A stretch of 64,000 nucleotides of DNA from Bacteroidota bacterium (GTDB lineage Bacteria > Bacteroidota > Bacteroidia > UKL13-3), in contig JAIYCU010000012.1 of NCBI GenBank assembly GCA_027487835.1, forward strand, positions 21,718 through 85,717. The letters are read 5' to 3'. Below are positions 1-8,650 of this stretch, piece after piece. Made by a program: the position numbers and the translations under genes. How positions within the stretch are numbered: position 1 is the stretch's first letter; the number at the start of each line of letters is the position of its first letter. Below the pieces are notes generated by a model that had not been told where the DNA came from, did not search any database, and saw only the letters and a program-made list of their open reading frames with translations.

Positions 1-400
1 TATTGATTAAACCAGCAAAATCATGTGTGTAAATTGGGCCCAATGAACTTGGGTAAAAGAAAACACAATTAGTGATTAAGAAAAAAGCAATTGAAGAGGC
101 TACAGAGGCAAAACCTACATTGTACCAAGTGATATTTTTTCTCAATTGAGTGCCTATAAAAATAGAGGCAACAAAACCAGCGTAGGTGATTAGCATTTCT
201 GGGCCGTAAAAACCTAAAAATAAATCGCTAATTAACATAGCAGCCAGTGGAAGGATATAAGCCAAAATACGTTTGCTAAGATAAGCGCCTCCAAATAAAG
301 CGATGGCTCCGATGGGAGAAAAGTTTGGTGCGTGTGGCAACAAACGCAGCAAAGCCGCACTAAAAATGAGTGCTGCAATGGTTAATAATCTATTGTTCAT
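1..400 (-). CDS. partial CDS (N-terminal ~133 aa; gene continues beyond position 1): small multi-pass membrane protein, ECF-S-component/DUF6580-like
   Basis: ATG at 398-400 on minus strand; uninterrupted hydrophobic translation MNNRLLTIAALIFSAALLRLLPHAPNFSPIGAIALFGGAYL... to window edge; absent from ORF track because truncated. Confidence 0.4.
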   Translation of the reverse strand, partial: MNNRLLTIAALIFSAALLRLLPHAPNFSPIGAIALFGGAYLSKRILAYILPLAAMLISDLFLGFYGPEMLITYAGFVASIFIGTQLRKNITWYNVGFASVASSIAFFLITNCVFFYPSSLGPIYTHDFAGLIN

Positions 401-589
401 GATTTGTGTTTTCCGTATGCGAAAATAAAAAGCTTTTTCTTTAAACCAAAAACAAAGCAGATAGTTGTTAACATCTTAATGGGAAAACTAAAAAAATGCC
501 GTTCTCCAAAAAAATCCTCCTTTTAAATAATGTGTTGTAGCACTCGATATAAAATCCTTAAATTGCGTCATTAATCAATCTAAAATCCA

Positions 590-3496
590 ATGAAAAAAGG
601 ACTTTTACTTGCCGGTTTCTTAGCATTTTCAGGAATAGTATCTCAAGTAGGTGCGCAAACTCCTGTTGCTACTGCCGCTAACCCTAACCAAACCCAATTA
701 CTTGAAAAAGTAACCTCTACCCCTGGCGAATTAAAAATTTCGTACGAAAAGTACATTATGCCAAACGGGCTAACCTTAATTATTCACGAAGATCATTCAG
801 ATCCAATTGTACATGTGGAAGTAACCTACCATGTTGGTTCTGCAAGAGAATCGGCTGGTAAATCTGGATTTGCTCACTTTTTTGAGCACATGATGTTTCA
901 AGGTTCTGTGAATGTAAATGATGAAGAGCATTTTAAAATTGTTTCGGGTGCTGGTGGACAAATGAATGGTACTACTAATCGTGATCGTACCAATTATTTT
1001 GAAACAATGCCTGCAAACTATCTTGAAACAGCCTTATGGTTAGAAGCAGATAGAATGGGCTTTTTATTAGATTCTGTTACGCAAAAGAAATTTGAAGTAC
1101 AGCGTGCTACCGTAAAAAATGAAAAAGGTCAACGTGTTGATAATGTTCCTTATGGCAAAGTAGATGAAATTAAGGATGCAGCTTTATATCCAAAAGGACA
1201 TTCTTATAATTGGCCAACAATTGGGTATTTAGAAGACCTTGATAGAGTTAATGTTGAGGACCTTAAAAACTTTTTTATGCGTTGGTATGGTCCAAACAAT
1301 GCATGTTTAGTAGTTGCTGGTGATGTTGTTCCAGCAGATGTAATTAAATTAGCTGAAAAATATTTTGGTTCAATTCCTCGCGGTCCAGAAGTTAAGCCTA
1401 TGCGCTTAGAGCCTGTTAGATTGCCAGATACACGTTACAGTAGTTATCCTGATAATGTTTTTGCACCAATGCATATGTTTGTTTGGCCTACACCAAAATC
1501 ATATGCTGCCGATGAGCCAGCTTTAGATGTATTAGGTTATGTATTAGGAACAGGTAATAACTCTATCATTTACAAGACTTTTACCAAACCTGAAAAAGCA
1601 TTCCAAGCCTACAGTTATAATTACGGTTCTGAGTTAGCAGGGGAGTTTGCAATCGCATTTATTGCAAATCCATTTTTTGATGGCGAAAATAATTTTGAGA
1701 AAAACTTACAAGCCATGTTTACTGATTTTGATACCAAAGGAATCTCTGATGATGACATTAGCCGCGCCAAAGGTCAATTTGAAACCTCTATATATAGCGT
1801 TATGAATAGTGTTGGTTCAAAAGCTTCAATCCTTAGTCAAACTTGGTATTTAAGCCATGGCAATCCAAGATTAGATAAAAATTACAACTTAAATGACGAA
1901 TTAGCACGTTACCAAAAAGTAACCAAAGAAGATGTTATGCGCGTATTCCGTCAATACATTAAAGATAAAAATTATGTGATGGTAACTGCTTTCCCTAAAA
2001 GCTCAAATGCTGCTGTTGGTAAAGAAGAAACTAAAGAAACTACAACTTCTGGTGTAGCGGTAAAAACAGAATTAGAATACAAAGGATTAAGCTATACAAC
2101 TCCAAAAGATAATTTCGACAGAAGCAAAAGGCCAGTACCAGGAGCTACAAAAATCACAAATGTGCCAGATTTTTACACTGCAAACTGGACTAATGGTATT
2201 AAAGTAATTGGAACCGCAACCAGCGAAACCCCAATGATTACTATTTTATTAAGCATGAAAGGTGGAAATATTGCAGCAGGCGATCCTGCTAAAGCTGGAT
2301 TAGCTGCCATTACCGCTAATATGATGCAAGAGGCAACGCTTAATTATACAAGTGAAGCTTTTGAAAATGAACTATCTAAATTAGGTGCCTCAATTAATTT
2401 TGGTGCGGGTACAGACAATCACTATATGCAAGTGGTTACTCCTAAGAAGAACTTAGATGCTACCTTAAAGTTAGTAGAAGAAAAAATAATGCGTCCTAAG
2501 TTTAATCTTGATGAATTTAAACTAAATCAATCTCAAGCATACCAAGGCGTTAATGCAGAAAAATATGATGCTGCCTCTACCGCAGATTTAGCTTTTGCTA
2601 AATTGGTTTATGGTAAATCTATTGCTGCTGAGCCTGTTGGTGGAACCTTAAAAACGATAAAGTCTTTCACGTTAAAAGATGTTCAAAACTTTTACGATCG
2701 TTATTATGCACCAGATTTTGCTACTTTAACCATCGTTGGGGATGTAAGTGAGCAAGATATTTTACCTAAGTTGAAGTTTTTACAAGATTGGAAAAAGAAA
2801 AGTGTAGTTATTCCTGCTGTTCCGGCACCAGTTGCAGTTGCTGGTTCTAATAAAAATGTATTGTTAGTTGACAAATACAAAGCAGCACAATCTGAAATTC
2901 GTGTAGGTATGTTAGGCCAAAAGTATGATTATAATGGTAAGTTCTTTAAAACCGCTGCTATGAATTTCCCATTGGGAGGTGCATTCAATAGCCGTTTAAA
3001 TTTAAATCTTCGCGAAGACAAAGGATTTACTTATGGTATTCGTTCATTTAATTCTGGCTACAAAGACCGTGTAGGTGTATTTGAAATTGCAACAGGCGTT
3101 CGTACATCTGCAACAGATAGCGCCTTGCGTGAAATTATGAACGAAGTTTCAAATTATAGAGATAAGGGTATCACAGACGAGGAACTTCAATTTATGAAGA
3201 ACTCTATCACCCAAAGTGATGCTTTACGTTATGAATCAAATTTCCAGAAAGCATCATTCTTAAATCGTTTGGTTGAGCTAGAATTACCAAGAGATTACAT
3301 CGCACAACAAAATGCAACAGTAAAATCATTAACCAAAGAAGAAATTAATGCCTTAGCAAAAGAAGTTTTAAAGCTTGAGCAAATGACAATTCTAATTGTA
3401 GGTGATAAAGAAAAAATTAAAGCACCTTTAGAAAAATCTGGCTACAAGATTGTTGATTACAAAGAAGTAGAAGTTGCCTCATACGAGAAAAACTAA
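590..3496 (+). CDS. M16 family zinc metallopeptidase (insulinase/pitrilysin-like), secreted
   Basis: 968 aa ORF; N-terminal signal peptide; inverted zinc motif HFFEHMMFQGS (HxxEH) plus downstream NGTTNRDRTNY; two-lobed M16 length. Confidence 0.85.
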   Translation: MKKGLLLAGFLAFSGIVSQVGAQTPVATAANPNQTQLLEKVTSTPGELKISYEKYIMPNGLTLIIHEDHSDPIVHVEVTYHVGSARESAGKSGFAHFFEHMMFQGSVNVNDEEHFKIVSGAGGQMNGTTNRDRTNYFETMPANYLETALWLEADRMGFLLDSVTQKKFEVQRATVKNEKGQRVDNVPYGKVDEIKDAALYPKGHSYNWPTIGYLEDLDRVNVEDLKNFFMRWYGPNNACLVVAGDVVPADVIKLAEKYFGSIPRGPEVKPMRLEPVRLPDTRYSSYPDNVFAPMHMFVWPTPKSYAADEPALDVLGYVLGTGNNSIIYKTFTKPEKAFQAYSYNYGSELAGEFAIAFIANPFFDGENNFEKNLQAMFTDFDTKGISDDDISRAKGQFETSIYSVMNSVGSKASILSQTWYLSHGNPRLDKNYNLNDELARYQKVTKEDVMRVFRQYIKDKNYVMVTAFPKSSNAAVGKEETKETTTSGVAVKTELEYKGLSYTTPKDNFDRSKRPVPGATKITNVPDFYTANWTNGIKVIGTATSETPMITILLSMKGGNIAAGDPAKAGLAAITANMMQEATLNYTSEAFENELSKLGASINFGAGTDNHYMQVVTPKKNLDATLKLVEEKIMRPKFNLDEFKLNQSQAYQGVNAEKYDAASTADLAFAKLVYGKSIAAEPVGGTLKTIKSFTLKDVQNFYDRYYAPDFATLTIVGDVSEQDILPKLKFLQDWKKKSVVIPAVPAPVAVAGSNKNVLLVDKYKAAQSEIRVGMLGQKYDYNGKFFKTAAMNFPLGGAFNSRLNLNLREDKGFTYGIRSFNSGYKDRVGVFEIATGVRTSATDSALREIMNEVSNYRDKGITDEELQFMKNSITQSDALRYESNFQKASFLNRLVELELPRDYIAQQNATVKSLTKEEINALAKEVLKLEQMTILIVGDKEKIKAPLEKSGYKIVDYKEVEVASYEKN

Positions 3497-3519
3497 TTCT
3501 TTTTTAAATTTTTAATAGA

Positions 3520-3556
3520 GGGTCGGCAAACAATTGCCGACCCTTTCTTATTTTTA
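3520..3556 (+). terminator. Rho-independent terminator after M16 peptidase gene
   Basis: 10-bp GC-rich stem gggtcggcaa/ttgccgaccc followed by a tttcttattttt tract. Confidence 0.55.
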
Positions 3557-3560
3557 TAGG

Positions 3561-5999
3561 GTGTCCATTCACGAATTAAATACTTGGTTCAAACAGAACA
3601 ATAAAGAACCTTTCTCTTTTCAAACAGCGACTTGGAACGCTTTTATGGACGGAAAAAGTGGTCTGGTAAACGCACCAACAGGTAGCGGAAAAACCTTTGC
3701 CTTAGCACTGCCAATAATCATGCATTGCAAGGATCAAAAGCAAAAAGGGCTAAAAGCGATTTGGATTACACCGATTAGGGCTTTAAGTCAAGATATTGCC
3801 AATGCATTTACAAGTGCTGCTGCTCATTTAGCACCGAATGTTACGATTGAGGTTAGAAATGGAGATACCTCAACAAAAGATAGAAAAAGGCAAAAGGAGC
3901 AAATGCCAGATATTCTTATTACAACCCCAGAAAGCTTGCATTTGTTAATCTCGTCTAAGTCTAGCTATTCCGATTTAAAATCGGTTCAAACCGTAGTAAT
4001 TGATGAATGGCATGAATTATTAGGTAGCAAAAGGGGCGTTCAAATTGAATTGGCTTTAGCTTGGCTAAAATCTTGGTTGCCAAACTTACAAGTTTGGGGA
4101 ATAAGCGCCACAATTGGCAACTTAGCGCAAGCAATGGAAGTTTTGTTGGGTCAACATACAGCTTCATCACAAGCTGTTCTTATAAAGGCAACGCATAAAA
4201 AGAAGATTGAAATTATAAGTGTGCTGCCGCATGCAATTGATGAATTGCCTTGGGCGGGACATTTAGGCATCAAGTTGTTGGCGCATGTTATGCCTTTATT
4301 ATCTGAAGCAAAAACTACCTTATTATTTACCAATACTCGTGCTCAAACTGAGATTTGGTATCAAGCAATTTTAGAACAAATGCCAACTTTGGCAGGGCAA
4401 ATTGCTATCCATCATGGCTCATTAAGTCAAGAAATAAGAAATTGGGTAGAAGCACAAATACATGAAGGAAGTTTAAAACTAGTAGTTTGTACTTCTAGTT
4501 TGGATTTAGGGGTAGATTTTAGACCAGTAGAACAAATTATTCAGATTGGAAGTCCAAAAGGAATTGCAAGATTTTTGCAAAGAGCAGGTAGAAGTGGGCA
4601 TCAACCTGGCGCAGTTTCCCGAATTTATTTTGTACCCACGCACACCATTGAATTATTAGAAGTTGAGGCCATAAGAGAGGCAGTAGAAAATGAATTTATT
4701 GAAAGTCGCACTCCTCTTATACGTTCTTTTGACGTGCTTTCGCAGTTCTTGTTAACCCTTGCCATTGGGCCGGGTTTTGAGGCTTCCGAAATGTATAATA
4801 TAGCTAAATCTGCTTATGGTTTTAAAGAATTGGAGCCACTAGAATGGAATTGGTTGATGCAATATTTAGTAGCAGGAGGAAAAAGTTTAGAGGCTTATGA
4901 TGAATTTTCAAAATTAGAGAAAGATTCAAATGACAGGTGGATAATTAGGGGCAGAAAGGAAGCCATGCAACATAGATTGAGCATGGGAACTATTGTTGGA
5001 AGCAATGCCATGCAAGTTAAATTTTTGGGTGGAGGTAGTTTAGGAACCATTGAGGAATATTTTGCTGCCAACCTTCAAGTAGGCGATATTTTTGGCTTTG
5101 CAGGACGTAATCTAGCATTTATTCAATTAAAGGAAAATTCTGTTTTAGTAAGAAAATCTGAATCGAAAGCCACTAAAATTCCAAGCTGGCAGGGGGGGAG
5201 AATGCCATTAAGTTTAGAACTAGGCAATTTGTTAAGAGATAAATTTAGGCTGAACCGAAGCCAACAGTCAAGAGAATTTGAACTTGTGCGGCCAATTCTT
5301 GAGATGCAAAAAGAGATTTCCTTTTTACCACAACCTCATCATTTTTTAGTGGAACAACTAGCTAGTAAAGATGGGTATCATTTGTTTTTTTACCCATTTG
5401 AAGGAAGATTAGTGCATGAAGGACTATCTGCCTTAATTGCCTATCGAATAGCCAAGCAAATTCCAATAAGTATTTCGATGGCAATGAATGATTATGGGTT
5501 TGAAATATTAAGTGACCAGTTGTTAGAAGCCGAAGAAATTTTAAGCCTAGATATTTTTTCTGAAGATAATTTACGCAATGATTTGCTCAATAGCCTTAAT
5601 TCTGGTGAAATGGCGAAACGTAAATTTAGAGATATTGCTCATATTGCAGGTCTAATTTTTAGAGGATACCCAGGAAAGCCAGTTAAATCTAGACATTTGC
5701 AAGCCAATAGTAGTTTGTTTTTTGAGGTCTTTAAAACCTATGAACCTGAAAATTTGCTATTTCAACAAGCATTTGAAGAAGTTTTGGAGCAACAATATGA
5801 AGAGATTAGATTGCGTTCGACCCTAAATAGAATTTCTAAAAGCGAAATAATAATAAAAAAAATAGAGAAACCCGGCCCCTTTGCATTTCCAATTTTAGTA
5901 GATAGGTTGCGACAAAGCGTTACTTCAGAAACGCTTGCCGATAGGGTAAAAAAATTAGAGTTGAGTTTTGTTAGCAAAAAAGAGAAAAAGAAAAAGTAG
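3561..5999 (+). CDS. lhr: Lhr-core DEXH-box ATP-dependent helicase (ligase-associated DNA-damage-response type)
   Basis: Walker A NAPTGSGKTFA, DEWHELLGSKRG (DEXH box), SAT-like ISATIGN, helicase C motifs QRAGRSG; ~810 aa typical of Lhr-core. The track start TTG at 3534 lies inside the upstream terminator hairpin, so GTG 3561 is preferred. Confidence 0.75.
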   Translation: MSIHELNTWFKQNNKEPFSFQTATWNAFMDGKSGLVNAPTGSGKTFALALPIIMHCKDQKQKGLKAIWITPIRALSQDIANAFTSAAAHLAPNVTIEVRNGDTSTKDRKRQKEQMPDILITTPESLHLLISSKSSYSDLKSVQTVVIDEWHELLGSKRGVQIELALAWLKSWLPNLQVWGISATIGNLAQAMEVLLGQHTASSQAVLIKATHKKKIEIISVLPHAIDELPWAGHLGIKLLAHVMPLLSEAKTTLLFTNTRAQTEIWYQAILEQMPTLAGQIAIHHGSLSQEIRNWVEAQIHEGSLKLVVCTSSLDLGVDFRPVEQIIQIGSPKGIARFLQRAGRSGHQPGAVSRIYFVPTHTIELLEVEAIREAVENEFIESRTPLIRSFDVLSQFLLTLAIGPGFEASEMYNIAKSAYGFKELEPLEWNWLMQYLVAGGKSLEAYDEFSKLEKDSNDRWIIRGRKEAMQHRLSMGTIVGSNAMQVKFLGGGSLGTIEEYFAANLQVGDIFGFAGRNLAFIQLKENSVLVRKSESKATKIPSWQGGRMPLSLELGNLLRDKFRLNRSQQSREFELVRPILEMQKEISFLPQPHHFLVEQLASKDGYHLFFYPFEGRLVHEGLSALIAYRIAKQIPISISMAMNDYGFEILSDQLLEAEEILSLDIFSEDNLRNDLLNSLNSGEMAKRKFRDIAHIAGLIFRGYPGKPVKSRHLQANSSLFFEVFKTYEPENLLFQQAFEEVLEQQYEEIRLRSTLNRISKSEIIIKKIEKPGPFAFPILVDRLRQSVTSETLADRVKKLELSFVSKKEKKKK

Positions 6000-6079
6000 G
6001 TTTGAACCAAGTAAAGAATCCGATTACTTTTGCAACTAAATAATTTTTAAATTTGACTTATAATAATAAACGTTCATAC

Positions 6080-7465
6080 ATGAAGAAACTGATGTTACTT
6101 GCGCTATTGGCAATAAGCCTAGGCGCTTTTGCCCAAACCAATCGCGTAAACGATGCGGCAATTTATTTACGTAATGGTGAAATTGAAGAAGCCAAAAAAG
6201 CAGCCGAGGAGGCAATTGCTCATCCAGATACCAAAGCAGATGTGAAAGCATGGTATTATTATGTATCAATCTTAGATACTATTATTAAGAATCCTGCAGC
6301 TTACAGCAATCTAGCAGAAAATATTAATGAAAAGTTTTATGGAGCCTGTTTAAATTGTGTGAAGTATGATGCTAAAAATAGGTATGAATATTATTGCAAG
6401 GAACAAGCCTTAATAAATAGTGCATTTTTAAGCTTTAATGCGGGTATTGCGGCATACGATGCCAAAGATTTTAACAAGGCAATTGAATATTATCAAATGG
6501 TTTTAGATGTTGTTCCTTATGATAAAAATGAAGATTTAAAAAAGAACAACTTATCAGAAAAAAATATTTACCTCTATATGGCTTATGCTGCTGTTCAATC
6601 AAATAACAATGCAAAAGCAAAAATCTACCTTGGTAAATTAATTCAAATGAATTACGACGATCATTTGATCTTCTTGCAAATGGTTAACATTCATTTAGAA
6701 GAAGGGGATACTACTAAAGCTTTAGGCGTTTTAGAAGATGCCCGTAAGCGTTATCCATCTGAAAAGGATTTAATCAACCAAGAGTTAAATATTTATTTAG
6801 CTATGGGTAAACAGGATTTATTAGTAGATAAAATCACTGCAGCTTTAGAATTAAATCCAGAGGATGCAACCTTATTGTATGTAAGAGGAAATATTTTTGA
6901 CAATTTTAGCAACGACTTCAACAAGAAATATAAAAATCAAAGAGACTCAGTAAGTATTTGGAAGCGTAAAGCCAATATCGAGAAGGTACCTGGCAAAAAA
7001 ACCATATACTTAACAAATGCAGCAAACTGCCAGAAAAAAGCTGATGATTTCTTTAAAACCAATAAAGAATATGCATTAAAGGCAGAAGCTGATTATAAGA
7101 AAGTGGTAGAATTAAACCCAGATTATATTGATGCCTTTTACAATTTAGGTGCTTTAACAAATAATAAGAGTACGGAGATAGTTGAGAAAATAAACAATTT
7201 ACCTAACAATATATCCCAAGCAGAGTACGATAAAAGATTGGCTCCTTTAAAGAAGGAACAAACTGAAATCTTAAATCAAGCTTTAGCCTACTTTAAACAA
7301 GCTTTGGTAATTGCTGAAGCAAAACCCGAAGATAAAGAAGCAGCTAAAAAAGAAAAGTATGCCTATATGAGAGATATTTTATATAGTATTCAGCAGGTTT
7401 ACGCCAATTTAGGTGACGAAAAGAAAACCATGGATACAATGAACAGGCGTAAAGAATTTGAATAA
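6080..7465 (+). CDS. TPR-repeat protein with signal peptide
   Basis: ATG at 6080 gives MKKLMLLALLAISLGAFAQ signal; multiple TPR-like A/Y/L-rich repeats; the 27 nt upstream in the track ORF are probably not translated. Confidence 0.55.
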   Translation: MKKLMLLALLAISLGAFAQTNRVNDAAIYLRNGEIEEAKKAAEEAIAHPDTKADVKAWYYYVSILDTIIKNPAAYSNLAENINEKFYGACLNCVKYDAKNRYEYYCKEQALINSAFLSFNAGIAAYDAKDFNKAIEYYQMVLDVVPYDKNEDLKKNNLSEKNIYLYMAYAAVQSNNNAKAKIYLGKLIQMNYDDHLIFLQMVNIHLEEGDTTKALGVLEDARKRYPSEKDLINQELNIYLAMGKQDLLVDKITAALELNPEDATLLYVRGNIFDNFSNDFNKKYKNQRDSVSIWKRKANIEKVPGKKTIYLTNAANCQKKADDFFKTNKEYALKAEADYKKVVELNPDYIDAFYNLGALTNNKSTEIVEKINNLPNNISQAEYDKRLAPLKKEQTEILNQALAYFKQALVIAEAKPEDKEAAKKEKYAYMRDILYSIQQVYANLGDEKKTMDTMNRRKEFE

Positions 7466-7487
7466 GAATAGGTTCAATAATTTAACA

Positions 7488-7526
7488 AAAAGGGATGTTT
7501 GTAAATGCAAACATCCCTTTTTTATT
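7488..7526. terminator. bidirectional intrinsic terminator between convergent TPR gene and lacI-family gene
   Basis: stem aaagggatgtttg / caaacatcccttt with T-tracts on both sides. Confidence 0.6.
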
Positions 7527-8519
7527 TTAATCAACTAAGGGCGTTTCAATAAAGAAATTCCCTTTCAATATTTTTTGTTCTTTAAGCTGCTGCATGAGCA
7601 ATTGAGCTGCTTTTTTGCCAAGGTCAAAGCCTGAAGTTTTTACATATGGAATTTTAAATTGGCAAATATTAGGTAAGAAGCCATCGCTCATAGATATCGT
7701 TTTTAATTCTCTCGATAGGCTAAGTCGCAATTCATATGCGGCTTTAATAACCCCTTGCAAAATTTCATCACTCATAATAAATAGCCCTTCAGGTCTATTT
7801 TTACCAGCCCATAAATACTTAAAAACTTCCTCAGCATCTTCGGAGCGGTAGGCAAAATGTATTAAGCCAGGGCCAGGTTTAATGCCATGGTCAAATAACG
7901 CTCTTCTAAATCCACTTAATCTATCTTGGGTTATAGAGAGTCGCTCATCTCCAAAAATGCCTGCAATTCTTTTAATATTTTTATTGTTATTAAGCAAATA
8001 ACTAATACCATCATATGCAGCCTGTTCGCCAGGAATAGATACTTTACAGGTATCTGAATCTTGCTTAATTTTATCAAAGAATACCATTGGAATTCCTCTT
8101 GAAATAAGTTCTTTAAAATGTTCTAATTCAGAACTCTCTTTGCATAATGAAACTAAAATACCATCCACACCTAAACGTACACATATTTCGGCATTTTGCT
8201 TTTCTCTCAAATAAATATCATTTGAGTTTAAGATTAGCAATTGGTAGCCTTCAGCGTGCATAATTTCTTCCACAGCCTTAATTACATTCGGGAAAAAGTA
8301 GTTGGCAACTTCCGGAATGATTAAGGCTATAATACCGCTTCGGCCTTTTCTTAAGTTAATTGCTGTAACATTTGGCTGATAGCCTAACCTTTCAGACAAT
8401 TCTACAATAGAAGCTTTGAGAGCTTTGCCAACATCAGGATGATCTCTTAGGGCTCTAGAAACCGTAGATGGATGAATATCTAGGTATTTAGCGATGTCTT
8501 TTATTGTAACTTTACTCAT
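7527..8519 (-). CDS. LacI family transcriptional regulator
   Basis: N-terminal HTH MSKVTIKDIAKYLDIHPSTVSRALRD; periplasmic-binding-protein-like sugar-binding fold; divergent from the TBDR/transporter/GH operon. Start set at the MSKVT ATG. Confidence 0.85.
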   Translation of the reverse strand: MSKVTIKDIAKYLDIHPSTVSRALRDHPDVGKALKASIVELSERLGYQPNVTAINLRKGRSGIIALIIPEVANYFFPNVIKAVEEIMHAEGYQLLILNSNDIYLREKQNAEICVRLGVDGILVSLCKESSELEHFKELISRGIPMVFFDKIKQDSDTCKVSIPGEQAAYDGISYLLNNNKNIKRIAGIFGDERLSITQDRLSGFRRALFDHGIKPGPGLIHFAYRSEDAEEVFKYLWAGKNRPEGLFIMSDEILQGVIKAAYELRLSLSRELKTISMSDGFLPNICQFKIPYVKTSGFDLGKKAAQLLMQQLKEQKILKGNFFIETPLVD

Positions 8520-8650
8520 AAATTGTAAGTACAAGGTAGTAATTAGCACTTAATTATCAACAACAATCGATTGCGCAAACCATTGCGTAGTTTGGTTTGA
8601 ACCAACTCGTGTGTTAAAATATAATTTCGATTCACCAAAATAAATCAACT

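Noticed and set aside
3534-3560. TTG start at 3534 for the Lhr helicase given by the ORF track
   Set aside because: The first 9 codons would lie inside the upstream terminator hairpin. GTG 3561 still precedes all conserved helicase motifs.
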